DNA of 64,000 nt, from positions 10,230,001 to 10,294,000 of the forward strand of contig OX597835.1 of assembly GCA_951406725.2 (NCBI GenBank). The letters are read 5' to 3'. This DNA is from Octopus vulgaris. Taxonomy: Eukaryota. Position numbers and translations under genes: made by a program. The number at the start of each line of letters is the position of its first letter. Within the stretch, counting starts at the first letter, position 1. Under the pieces are notes generated by a model. It did no database searches and was not told where the DNA came from. It was given only the letters and a program-made list of their open reading frames with translations. This document shows, one piece after another, positions 1 to 11,530 of the stretch.

Positions 1-349
1 CGCCGTGGTTAATCCGTTTGTCTGTTCTTGTTTGTCCCCTCTGTGTTTGGCCCCTTGTGGGTAGTAAAGAAATAGGTATTTCGTCTGTTGTTATGTTCTG
101 AGTTCAAATTCCACCGAGTTCGACTTTGCCTTTCATCCTTTCGGGGTCGATAAATTAAGCACCAGTTACGCACTGGGGTCGATATAATCGATAAACGATT
201 TAATCCGTTTGTCTGTTCTTGTTTGTCCCCTCTGTGTTTAGCCCTTTGTGGGTAGTAAAGAAATAGGTATTCCATGGCACACTGGTGTAATGTGAACATC
301 CTTTTTTCTCTATACATTTAGTTTATATCTTTAGTTCAGGTGTACTACT

Positions 350-660
350 AAGTTTTGCCTTATAATGAAACTCTTTTAAGGACATCCGTCGCTGTAACGT
401 TGAAATCGATGCCTCAGTGAGGTCAGCTAAATATGCCATCAAGTACACACTGAAAAGAAATGACCAAGCTGTTGTTTAAATAAACTATGATTACGAAATT
501 AGTCAATATCTAATCAGTTGGTACATTGGACCAGCCGAAGCAGTTGCAGCTATTTTAGGATTGTCACTTCCTGAAAGAGCAACTGCAATAATGAAACAGA
601 AAGTTCATCTTCCAGATGAACGAAGAATTTGGCTCAGAAATGATGAGGATAAATATGGGT
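350..660 (+). mobile_element. Degraded Helitron Rep/helicase fragment (5' part)
   Basis: Broken reading frames give ...CNVEIDASVRSAKYAIKY...EISQYLISWYIGPAEAVAAILG...VHLPDE. This matches the recalled Helitron RepHel motifs HINVEVC..VKSVKY / DEIKQYLDGRYISPPEA / VHLP. Confidence 0.75.
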
Positions 661-678
661 GTCAGTGAAAGACATATA

Positions 679-907
679 CTTTACTTACTTTTTACTCTTT
701 TACTTGTTTCAGTCATTTGACTGCGGCCATGCTGGAGCACCGCCTGTAGTCGAGCAAATCGACTCCGGGACTTATTCTTTTGTAAGCCCAGTACTTATTC
801 TATCGGTCTCTTTTTGCCGAACTGCTAAGTGACGGGGACGTAAACACACCAGCATCGGTTGTCAAGCAATGCTAGGGGGACAAACACAGACACACAAACA
901 CACACAC

Positions 908-964
<57 letters not shown>

Positions 965-1134
965 CATACATACATACAACAGGTTTCTTTCAGTTTCCGT
1001 CTACCAAATCCACTCACAAGGCTTTGGTCGGCCCGAGGCTATAGTAGAAGACACTTGCCCAAGATGCCACGCAGTGGGACTGAACCTGGAACCATGTGGT
1101 TCGTTAGCAAGCTACTTACCACACAGTCACTCCT
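679..1134 (-). mobile_element. tRNA-derived cephalopod SINE with CORE-like domain and internal (TA)n/(CA)n
   Basis: Near-identical copies recur across the window. tRNA-like head GGAGTGGCTGTGTGGTAAG...GGTTCAGTCCC, CORE-like 'ggcaccttgggcaagtgtc', and a (GAGTAAAA)n-type tail. Confidence 0.85.
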
Positions 1135-1139
1135 GAGAC

Positions 1140-1540
1140 GAAATTGACGAAATTCTTTTCATTGCGTGTCAATGATGAAAAACGCCGCCGCCGTGGTGAT
1201 CTCATTCTCGCCCACAACATCATAAGCGGTAAGTGTAACCTCTCGAAAGAGCTGTTCTTCACTCCTGCTCCAGAGCGTCAGCTGCGGGGTCATTCCGAAA
1301 AGCTTTACCTGCGACGATTTCATCTAAATCGAAGGAGAGGAGCTTTCTCCGTCCGGGTTGCGGATTCGTGGAACAAGCTGCCAGAGGAGATGGTGAAGAT
1401 GCCTACGACCGCTTTGTTCAAAGCCTCCCTTGACCTCAAGTGGCCTGAACTCTTTACATGAACACCACCCTGTACTTAACTCCATGTCCCCCTACATGGC
1501 CTTGCTATTTGCTTTTGAGCCAAATTAAGTAACTAACTAA
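1140..1540 (+). mobile_element. CR1-clade LINE 3' end
   Basis: ORF 1144-1461 reads RRRRGDLI...LRGHSEKL...FSVRVADSWNKLPEEMV...FKASLD, typical of the CR1 ORF2 C-terminus. A (taac)n tail follows. Confidence 0.85.
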
Positions 1541-1542
1541 CA

Positions 1543-1752
1543 TGAATTTGCAGAAACATTACTTTGTGCTGAAGTACCCCATGTCTTTCACTTGGAATGG
1601 TAGGAACAAAGAATGGCAAAGAAGCAACCGAGGAAGAAAAAGTTGAAGGCCATTTGAACGGTTTTCAAAGAAGAAACATTCGGTCATGTTTATGTTGTCA
1701 AACCAAAGGTAGAACTGTATTATTTAAGAATTTTATTCCATCAAATACGAAA
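1543..1752 (+). mobile_element. Helitron RepHel fragment (continuation, separated by SINE and LINE insertions)
   Basis: Frameshifted translation ...WNGRNKEWQR...FGHVYVVKPKVELYYLRILFHQIR resembles Helitron 'IGRLYTVHP...ELYYLRLLL'. Confidence 0.7.
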
Positions 1753-1854
1753 TAGTATTTTTTTTTCCTTTGCTTTGACATTTTCAACTTGGAGTTGACT
1801 TGTTGTGACCCAGCGAGTCACGGGTACATATAATATACATACAAAAATGTGCGT

Positions 1855-2273
1855 GTACGTACGTACGTACATGCATACATACATACATGCATACATACAT
1901 ACATACATACATACATACATGCATACATACATGCATACATACGTACATGCATGCATACATACATACATACATACATACATACGTACATGCATGCATACAT
2001 ACATACATACATACATACATGCATACATACGTACATGCATGCATACATACATACATACATACATACATGCATACATACATACATACATACATACATACAT
2101 ACATACATACATACATACATTCATGTATACATACATACGTACATACATGCATACATACATACATACATACATACATACATACATACATACATACATACAT
2201 ACATACATACATACATACATACATACATACATACATGCATGCATGCATGCATACATACATACATACATACATA
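1855..2273. repeat. (TACA)n microsatellite with TGCA/TACG variants
   Basis: Directly visible. It explains the YIHT/MYVC ORFs. Confidence 0.97.
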
Positions 2274-2289
2274 CCGAAACACCTCTTAC

Positions 2290-3157
2290 CCCAGTCTGTC
2301 ATTCTAGTCTTCAAACAGGGAAACAGATCCCTCACAGTCAACTATCGCCCAATCTCAACCCTCCCCATATCATTAAAATGTTTGAAAGGATGGTGAGATC
2401 AAGGATCCCGGAGAGCCACAATCTCCTAAATTCAAACCATCATGGCTTTCGCTGCTGCAGGGACTGTCTAACACAGCTCTTACACCATATCGATGATATC
2501 CTTAAAGCCTTGGGGTCAGGTTCGAACTCATATATATCATATATCTTGACTTCATTAAAGCGTTCGACAGAGTCGACCATAATATCCAACTGTCAAAGTT
2601 GTCAAATGTTGGAATCCGTGGAAAAACTACTGCACTGGATTGAGTATTTCCTGGAGAACAGAACACATCATGTTTTGATCGGTTGAATCCACTCAAGCCC
2701 AGCAAAAGTCACCAGTGGTGTCTCTCAGGGGACTGTCTTGGGTCCGCTTCTCTTTACAGTCTGTATAAACGATATTTCAAGAATCATCAAACAACGCAAA
2801 GTGAAAATATTCGGCGAAAATTTTCCAGAAAATTATTATCGGAGAAGACCAAACTGGACTCCAGTCTGATCTATCTGCTGTAAGTCAATGGACAGACAAA
2901 AACAAAATACGACTAAATGAGAGAAAATTTGAGCTGATGCATTTTGGGAAAAAGACTATGCTAAAACAATCCATATTCCCTTCTTTCAGGGGAATCACTC
3001 ACAGCATCAAATAATATCAGAGACATAAGAGTAATTTTTGACAACAATCTCAGCTGGAATGCCCACATCAACAATAAAGTCGATATAGCTCGTAAGATGA
3101 GTTTCTGGATCCTAAGAACCTTCCGGTCCAGAGAACAAGGTGTCATCATTCCTCTTT
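2290..3157 (+). mobile_element. Degraded CR1/L2-type reverse transcriptase fragment
   Basis: Motifs NYRPIS, HGFR..RDCLTQLL, YLDFIKAFDRVDH and QGTVLGPLLF appear across frameshifts. Confidence 0.85.
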
Positions 3158-3211
3158 ATATAAACACACCAGCATTGTACGTAGTAAAGAAATAAAAATG
3201 TGTCTTATAAA

Positions 3212-3639
3212 ACATCTTTTACTCTTAGTGTTACTCTCTTTTACTCTTTTACTTGTTTCAGTCATTTGACTGCAGCCATGCTGGAGCACCGCCTTTAGTC
3301 GAGCAAATCGACCCCGGGATTTATTCTTTGTAAGCCCAGTACTTATTCTATCGGTCTCTTTTGCCGAACCGCTAAGTTACGGGGATGTAAACACACCAGC
3401 ATCGGTTGTCAAGCAATGCTAGGGGGACAAACACAGACACACAAACACACACATACATATATATACATATATACGACGGGCTTCTTTTCAGTTTCCGTCT
3501 ACCAAATCCACTCACAAGTCTTAGGTCAGCCCGAGGCTATAGTAGAAGACACTCGCCCAAGATGCCACGCAGTGGGAGTGAACCCGGAACCATGTGGTTG
3601 GTAAGCAAGCTACTTACCACACAGCCACTCTTGCGCCTA
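3212..3639 (-). mobile_element. Cephalopod SINE (same family as 679-1134)
   Basis: Sequence identity to the other copies. Confidence 0.85.
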
Positions 3640-3918
3640 TCATAAATTTTATAGGTAAAATATTTTGGGGGGAACGTATAACGATTTATAACATTGTTAC
3701 TGTGGGAAATTATTGCTCTGCTTTGTGCGTTCCGTTCACTCAAAATGGATGCAACTCGTGAAAGAGGGAGAGCCAGGAAGACGTGGGACGAAGCACTAAA
3801 GAAGGACCTCAGTAGGATGACCCTTTGGGACGAGATGACAAAGGGCTGAGATACCTTACACCTTGCTGTGCTCGAAAAGACCCGTCCACCACAGCAGAAG
3901 TGTTAAGGCCACTCCCGC

Positions 3919-4394
3919 GCCGAATAGCTTATTTACAAGGACTTAGGGATTTAAACAAAACAACACCGGTTATCAAGCAGGGACTCACACACACACACAC
4001 ACACACACGTAAACATAGATTGTATGTATGTGTGTATGTATGTATGTATGTATGTATGTACATACGATGGGCTTCTTCCAGTTTCCATCTACCAGATCCA
4101 CTCACAAGGCTTTGGTCGGCATGAGGCTATTGAAGAAGACACTTGCCCATGGTTCCACGTCATGGGACCGAACCCGGAACCATGTGGTTGGGAAGCAAAC
4201 TCCTTATCGCACAGCCAATCCCGCGCCCACACAGCCAAATATGCAAGCAGACACACACACACACACACGCACGCACACGCACAGAGCCAGTGTCCCATAA
4301 AATGCGCTCGTGACAGTGTTAGGTTAAAAGCACCCAGCACGCAGCGTAAAGTGGCTTGTGCGTGCGTGCGTGTATGTGCGTGCGTGCGTGTGTG

Positions 4395-4426
<32 letters not shown>

Positions 4427-4627
4427 CTTGCATATTTGGCGCAGGATTGGCTGTGTGGTAAGTTTGCTTCCCAACTACATGGTTTCGGGTTCGGTCCCAT
4501 GACGTGGAACCATGGGCAAGTGTCTTCTTCTATAGCCTCGTGCCGACCAAAGCCTTGTGAGTGGATCTGGTAGATGGAAACTGGAAGAAGCCCATCGTAT
4601 GTACATACATACATACAATCTATGTTT

Positions 4628-4664
<37 letters not shown>

Positions 4665-4830
4665 TCCCTGCTTGATAACTGGTGTTGTTTTGTTTAAATC
4701 CCTAAGTCCCTGTAAATAAGCTGTTCGGCAAAAGAGATCGATAGAATAAGTACCAGGCATTGTTAAATTAAGCCCTTCACCACAGTGCCCCAGCATGAGC
4801 GTGTCCCAATGACTGAAACCAAAAATAGAA
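3919..4830. repeat. Inverted pair of SINE copies forming a fold-back
   Basis: 3919-4270 is the near-exact reverse complement of 4405-4729. Confidence 0.85.
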
Positions 4831-5654
4831 GACAAGGTGTGTGTGTGTGTGTGTTCATGGATGTATAGACGCAGGCGTCACTGTGTTGCCCCTCGGTCAA
4901 GCAAAAGGGATTTGGTAGACGGAAACTGAAAGAAGCCCGTGTGTATATGTGTGTTCCACCACCGCTTGATAACCGGTATTGATATGTTTAAAAGCGTAAA
5001 GAACCCCTTTGGTCGCACCTAGAAAGTTCCGCTCCGAGGTACAAGTCCGGGCAAGATTTGTTTTATGGAAGACCAGCAGTCGCCCATGCATACAGCCTCG
5101 CCTGTCCTTGCCACCGATGTTATCCAAGGGAAACGCAAAGACTAATATACACCTTGGCACCTGTGACGTCATAACTCATTTGTACAGGTGAGTGAACTAG
5201 AGAAGCGTGAAATAAAGTGTCTTGCTCAAGAACACAACACACAGCCCGGTCCGGGAATCGATCTCACTACATTACGATTGGGAGCCCGACGCTCTAACCA
5301 CTGAGACATGCGCCTTCACTGACGTGTTTACGTACCCGTAACTTGTTCAAATTCCGCCGAGGTCGACTTTGCCTTTCATCCTTTCGGAGTCGATAAATTA
5401 AGTACCAGTTACGCACTGGGGTCGATGTAATCCGTTTGTCTATCCTTGTTTGTCCCTTCAATGTTTAACCCCTTGTGGGTAGTAAAGAAATAGTAACTTA
5501 GTGTTCCGGCAAAAGAAGGCGATAGAATAAGTGCTAGGCTGACAGTGGGGAAATTGGGGAAATCCATTGGTTCGACTAAAATTCTTCTAGGCTGTGCCCC
5601 AGCATGACCGTAGTCTAATGAGTGAAACAAGTAATATATACATATATATATATA

Positions 5655-6266
5655 TAACGTGACGTATTTTTGCCATTTCAATATGGCTAACCCCTAAGGG
5701 TGGATGCTACTGTAGTTTTTAGCCCCAGGAGGACACACTCCTCCAGCTGGCCATAGACACACTATCTGTGTCCTGTCAGTATTTGCAAAGGGAAGTCATC
5801 CTTCCCGTCTTCAACTTATGATACACACGGACTCGAGTATAAGTATAAATGGCAAAAATACGTCACGATGTGTTACCGCTACTGTATATAACTCACTTTG
5901 ATATTTATCATTGTTTGATTTCACTTTTTCAATATCAGCGACAGTAGACGCTGGAAAAAGTATAAGTATTTGTGAAGGAAATCTAATTCTCGGCGACAAC
6001 TATGATTGTCACACGCTGACGAGAGGTCAATACCTCAAAACTCGAGTCCGTGTGTATCATAAGTTGAAGACGGGAAGGATCACTTCCCTTTGCAAATACT
6101 GACAGGACACAGATAGTGTGTCTATGGCCAGCTGGAGGAGTGTGTCCTCCTGGGGCTAAAAACTACAGTAGCATCCACCCTTAGGGGTTAGCCATATTGA
6201 AATGGCAAAAATACGTCACGATGTGTTACCGCTACTGTATATAACTCACTTTGATATTTATCATTG

Positions 6267-6267
<1 letters not shown>
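5655..6267. mobile_element. Penelope-like non-autonomous element with inverted pseudo-LTRs and a hammerhead motif
   Basis: 5658-5838 is inverted relative to 6040-6221. Both ends are flanked by (TA)n. A hammerhead motif sits at 6010-6054. Confidence 0.65.
6010..6054 (+). ncRNA. Type I hammerhead ribozyme motif (G12 mutated, GAAA to AAAA)
   Basis: cacacg-CTGACGA-gagg-tcaata-cctc-AAAA-ctcgag-TC-cgtgtg. Stems I, II and III all pair. Confidence 0.7.
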
Positions 6268-6330
<63 letters not shown>

Positions 6331-6333
<3 letters not shown>

Positions 6334-6493
6334 CGCAGGAGTGGCTGTGTAGTAAGTAGCTTGTTTACCAACCACATGGTTCCGGGTTCAGTCCCACTGC
6401 GTGGCACCTTGGGCGAGTGTCTTCTGTTATAGCCTCGGGCCGACCAATGCCTTGTGAGTGGGTTTGGTCGACGGAAACTGAAAGAAGCCCGTC

Positions 6494-6553
<60 letters not shown>

Positions 6554-6770
6554 GCGTGTATGTTTGTGTGTCTGTGTTTGTCCCCCTAGCATTGCTTGAC
6601 AACCGATGCTGGTGTGTTTACGTCCCCGTAACTCAGCGGTTCGGCAAAATAGACCGATAGAATAAGTACTGGGCTTACAAAAGAATAAGTCCCGGGGTCG
6701 AGTTGCTCGATTAAAGGCGGTGCACCAGCATGGCCGCAGTCAAAATGACTGAAACAAGTAAAGAGAGAAA
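6331..6770 (+). mobile_element. Cephalopod SINE, full length
   Basis: Head aggcgcaggagtggctgtg through tail gactgaaacaagtaaa. Confidence 0.85.
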
Positions 6771-6787
6771 AAGATATATATATATAT

Positions 6788-7375
<588 letters not shown>

Positions 7376-7596
7376 ACGCATCTCCGCCCAGTTTCTACAA
7401 ATAAATACATTCACTTCAACAAATAAACAAAAGCCCGACTGAACATCCCACAACCAAGATCGTGTTTGTGTTTTGACACAACTCTCAAAAAGTTAGGCTT
7501 AATAAAGGCATTAATTGGCAAAAAAATTTTAAAATGTTTAATATTAATAATAGCTAAAAAAGGGAAAAAATGATAATAATGATTTTAAAGACTTAC

Positions 7597-7979
7597 TTTA
7601 ATGCTTTAATTAAGTTGTTGTGGTTATCGTCAAGAAATGTTCTCATGTCCATCGGAATGGACGGATCGGCTAAATTTAAATCGACAATCACATGTTTACC
7701 ATTGTGCACCGTTTCAACACCAAGTGCTTTCTTTTTATTACCGTTGCACCGTCTTTCGAACTGCACAAACTTCATCGTTCCAGATGTGGCCGAAGAACAG
7801 AAGAGAGAAAAGAGGAGAGACCCGTGCCTGTCGCTGTCGCTTCGAAATAAACAGTAATTGCCACCACGATTACGATGACGACCAAAGGTTATCAGTGTGG
7901 TGGTGGTGGTGGTGGTGGTGGTGAACCTGGGAATCACTACTAAAGATGGTAACGATAGTAGCGAGGACACTCGTATCAT
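7597..7979 (-). CDS. FAHD2A: Fumarylacetoacetate hydrolase domain-containing protein 2, first coding exon (conserved part starts at ATG 7775; upstream ATG 7979 may add a mitochondrial presequence)
   Basis: MKFVQF...LGVE...VIVDLNLADPSIPMDMRTFLD resembles the recalled FAHD2A N-terminus (MRLVQF...LGLE...VINLNAFDPTLPKTMTQFLE). The exon ends at a perfect AA|GTAAGT donor (7596-7591). Later exons were not found in the window. Confidence 0.8.
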
Positions 7980-8128
7980 TGCTTTTAATTGCTAGAAATA
8001 ACAGCCTAGTCCTGCTTGTTTTTACAACAATAAGCACATTGACCGGTCACAATAGTTTTTTTTTTTACCGTTTCACATTGAATAAGTGTGTGTCTGTGTG
8101 TCTGTGTGTTTATTATATACGGAGCGAG

Positions 8129-8334
8129 CACGCCGGGCGAAATGCGTTGCCGTATTTTGTCTGCCGTTACGTTCTGAGTTCAAATTCCGCCGAGGTCGAC
8201 TTTGCCTTTCATCCTTTCGAGGTCGATAAATTAAGTACCAGTTGCGCACTGGGGTCGATGTTATCGACTTAATCCCTTTGTCTGTCCTTGTTTGTCCTCT
8301 CTGTGTTTAGCCCCTTGTGGGTAATAAAGAAATA
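8129..8334 (+). mobile_element. Nin-domain SINE, 5'-truncated, with 15-bp target-site duplication
   Basis: tatatacggagcgag at 8114-8128 and 8335-8349 flanks the element. Confidence 0.85.
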
Positions 8335-8369
8335 TATATACGGAGCGAGGTGTACGGCTTGTGCGTGTA

Positions 8370-8580
8370 TACGTACTATACAATCGGGTGTACGTACTAT
8401 ACAATCGGGTGTACGTACTATACAATCGGGTGTACGTACTATACAATCGGGTGTACGTACTATACAATCGGGTGTACGTACTATACAATCGGGTGTACGT
8501 ACTATACAATCGGGTGTACGTACTATACAATCGGGTGTACGTACTATACAATCGGGTGTACGTACTATACAATCGGGTGT
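8370..8580. repeat. 21-bp minisatellite (tacgtactatacaatcgggtg), about 10 perfect copies
   Basis: Directly visible. Confidence 0.95.
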
Positions 8581-8636
8581 TCGTCTGGGTGGGGGGTGGA
8601 TATCGACTTTGTAAATGTGAAACTGCTGCACAATTA

Positions 8637-8637
8637 A

Positions 8638-8692
<55 letters not shown>

Positions 8693-8693
8693 A

Positions 8694-8752
<59 letters not shown>

Positions 8753-8780
8753 ACTACTACTACTACTACTACTGCTGCTG

Positions 8781-8821
<41 letters not shown>

Positions 8822-8858
8822 GCTGCTGCTGCTACTACTACTACTACTACTACTGCTG

Positions 8859-8893
<35 letters not shown>

Positions 8894-8897
8894 GCTG

Positions 8898-8928
<31 letters not shown>

Positions 8929-9150
8929 AACTAATACTACTGCTACTACTACTACTACTACTACTACTAACATCCGACGAGAGCGCAAACAACAACACTG
9001 TTCTCATCACCACCACCACCACCACCACCACCACCACCACCATCATTCTTATTACTACGACTACTAACATTACTGCTACTACTACTACAACTACCAGTAC
9101 AACTACTACTGCGGCTACCCCACCACCACCACCACCACCACCATCACCAT
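8637..9150. repeat. (ACT/GCT)n and (CAC)n trinucleotide tracts
   Basis: Directly visible. They explain the poly-S/L/V ORFs. Confidence 0.95.
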
Positions 9151-9489
9151 CAAAACCTCTATCTAATAAGAAGGCTATGGGTTGGTACAATCAGTTGAGT
9201 GTCTGTCAAAACATCTCCAGCATTTACTAACAGACAGAAGCTTACGTTCTGAGTTCAAATTTTGCCAGGGTCAATTTGGTGTTCCTTCGGTATTGGTCTA
9301 CAGAGCGTTGGTGTGGGGAGACGACATCATTTAACCGCTTTCTTCAGTCCAGCCTCTGCATCTGTCAATTAGCAGGAATGGCGTTGTATACCAATACCGA
9401 AGGCTTGCCATCAGTTTTACCTTTTGTGTTTAGCGACTGATGAAATAGAATACCTGTTGGTAGAGGTATTGAGGGTTATGGGGGGGGGG

Positions 9490-9906
9490 GGCAGTTTTTT
9501 AAAATAATTTCCACGTAATTAAACACTTTTAAACTTCGTATACTGGTAGAATGTGTTTATAAAACATCTTTTTCTCTTGGCTTTATTGAGAAAATTCTAC
9601 AGTTTGTAAGATATTTGTTGTTGTTTTTTTCTTCAATTTCTGAAATTTCAACCAATCAATGACGTCTATTGAGGTGAAAACATTCCGTGCCGTATGAACA
9701 TGTTTAAGAAACAGATTGGGTTTATTTACATTTCTGAAGAAAAATTGATACTCCTCCTCCCACCCCTAACCCTAACCCCAACCCTAACTCTAACCCTTAC
9801 CCTAAAACAGATTGAAATGCAATAGATCGATACTAGGGTCCTAATTATGGGTGACAATTTCATATGACACCGCTAGAAAAAACTGCCGTTCAAACCGAAA
9901 AGATCC
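9490..9906. mobile_element. MITE ending in ...ctgccgttcaaaccgaaaagatcc, with internal (TAACCC)n
   Basis: The terminus is related to the TIRs at 10036 and 11388. Telomere-like hexamers lie at 9765-9803. Confidence 0.6.
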
Positions 9907-10035
9907 TATGTTTGGGTGTCATTATAAGACTGTAAAGGGTTAATACGGAGAAATATACCACGGTATTTAGGCGTCTTTCCGTTTACTAAATACAAATATG
10001 ATAGGATATCACTACGTAGAAGAGTCGAGAATCTG

Positions 10036-11388
10036 GATCTTTCCCCTTTGAACGGCAAATCGAGTAATTAATTTTCTGTAACTAAAACGAAATATACACC
10101 GCCGATAGTTGTTGTTGTTGATAAACAACAGCAGTAATTTTATTCAGCTGAATACACGTTATTGATTGGTTGAAATTACCGAAATAAGACAACTTTAACA
10201 CGAAATAACTTTGAAAATATAAACTTTTCTCAACAACACATAGGCGCAGGAGTGGCTGTGTGGGAAGTAGCTTGCTAACCAACCACATGGTTCCGGGTTC
10301 ACTCCCACTGCGTGGCACCTTGGGCAAGTGTCTTCTGCTATAGCCCCGGGCCGACCAATGCCTTGTGAGTGGATTTGGTAGACGGAAACTGAAAGAAGCC
10401 TGTCGTATATATGTATATATATATAAGTTTGTGTGTATATGTTTGTGTGTCTGTGTTTGTCCCCCTAGCATTGCTTGACAACCGATGCTGGTGTGTTTAC
10501 GTCCCCGTAACTTAGCGGTTCGGCAAAAGAGACCGATAGAATAAGTACTGGGCTTACAAAGAATAAGTCCCGGGGTCGATTTGCTCGACTAAAGGCGGTG
10601 CTCCAGCATGGCTGCAGTCAAATGACTGAAACAAGTAAAAGAGTAAAAGAGAGTAACACTAAGAGTAAAAGATGTTTTATAAGACACATTCTTATTTCTT
10701 TAATACCCACAAGGGGCTACACACAGAGGGGACAAACAAGAACAGACAAACGGATTAAGTCGATTACATCGACCCCAGTGCGTAACAGGTACTTATTTAA
10801 TCGATCCCGAAAGGATGAAAGGCAAAGTTGACTTCGGCGGGATTTGATCTCAGAACGTAGCGGCAGACGAAATACCTATTTCTTTACTACCCACAAGGGG
10901 CTAAACACCGAGGGGACAAACAAGGACAGACAAACGGATTAAGTCGATTACATCGACACCAGTGCGTAACAGGTACTTATTTAATCGATCCCGAAAGGAT
11001 GAAAGGCAAGGTTGACCTCGGCGGGATTTGATCTCAGAACGTAGCGGCAGACGAAATACCTATTTCTTTACTACCCACAAGGGGCTAAACACCGAGGGGA
11101 CAAACAAGGACAGACAAACGGATTAAGTTGATTACATCGACACCAGTGCGTAACTGGTACTTAATTCATCGATCCCGAAAGGATGAAAGGCAAAGTCAAC
11201 CTCGGCGGAATTTGAACTCAGAACGTAACGGCAGACGAAATACGGCTACGCAGTTCGCCCGGCGTGCTAACGTTTCTGCCAGTTCGCCGCTTTTTTATAT
11301 GACACAGTCTACCAGTGTCCGAGTGTTTGAAAGTGTTTAGTTACAAAAAAATTAATTTCTCGATCTGCCGTTCAAAGGGAAAAGATCC
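10036..11388. mobile_element. Non-autonomous DNA transposon with about 53-bp TIRs, carrying nested SINEs
   Basis: ggatctttcccctttgaacggcaaatcgag...taactaaa (10036-10087) is inverted at 11336-11388. It contains a SINE at 10241-10655 and a Nin-SINE trimer at 10692-11290. Confidence 0.75.
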
Positions 11389-11530
11389 GAAAATCTTTCA
11401 TCAGCTGGAACAAATAAATCCTTTATTTTAGTAGGGACAAATTTAATTTACACCGCATTACTAGTAATTAAGTGTTCCGTCGGAAGGCGAAGCAGGTGCT
11501 TGTTGTGGCTTTTTAATTAATTCTCTCATC

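Noticed and set aside
1741-2686. Long ORFs of MYVC/YIHT, plus the YIYI ORFs near 6.3-7.4 kb and 37.7 kb
   Set aside because: They are translations of (TACA)n and (TA)n microsatellites.
8261-9230. 309/289/239-aa poly-S, poly-L and poly-V ORFs
   Set aside because: They arise from the 21-bp VNTR and trinucleotide tracts, with no domain content.
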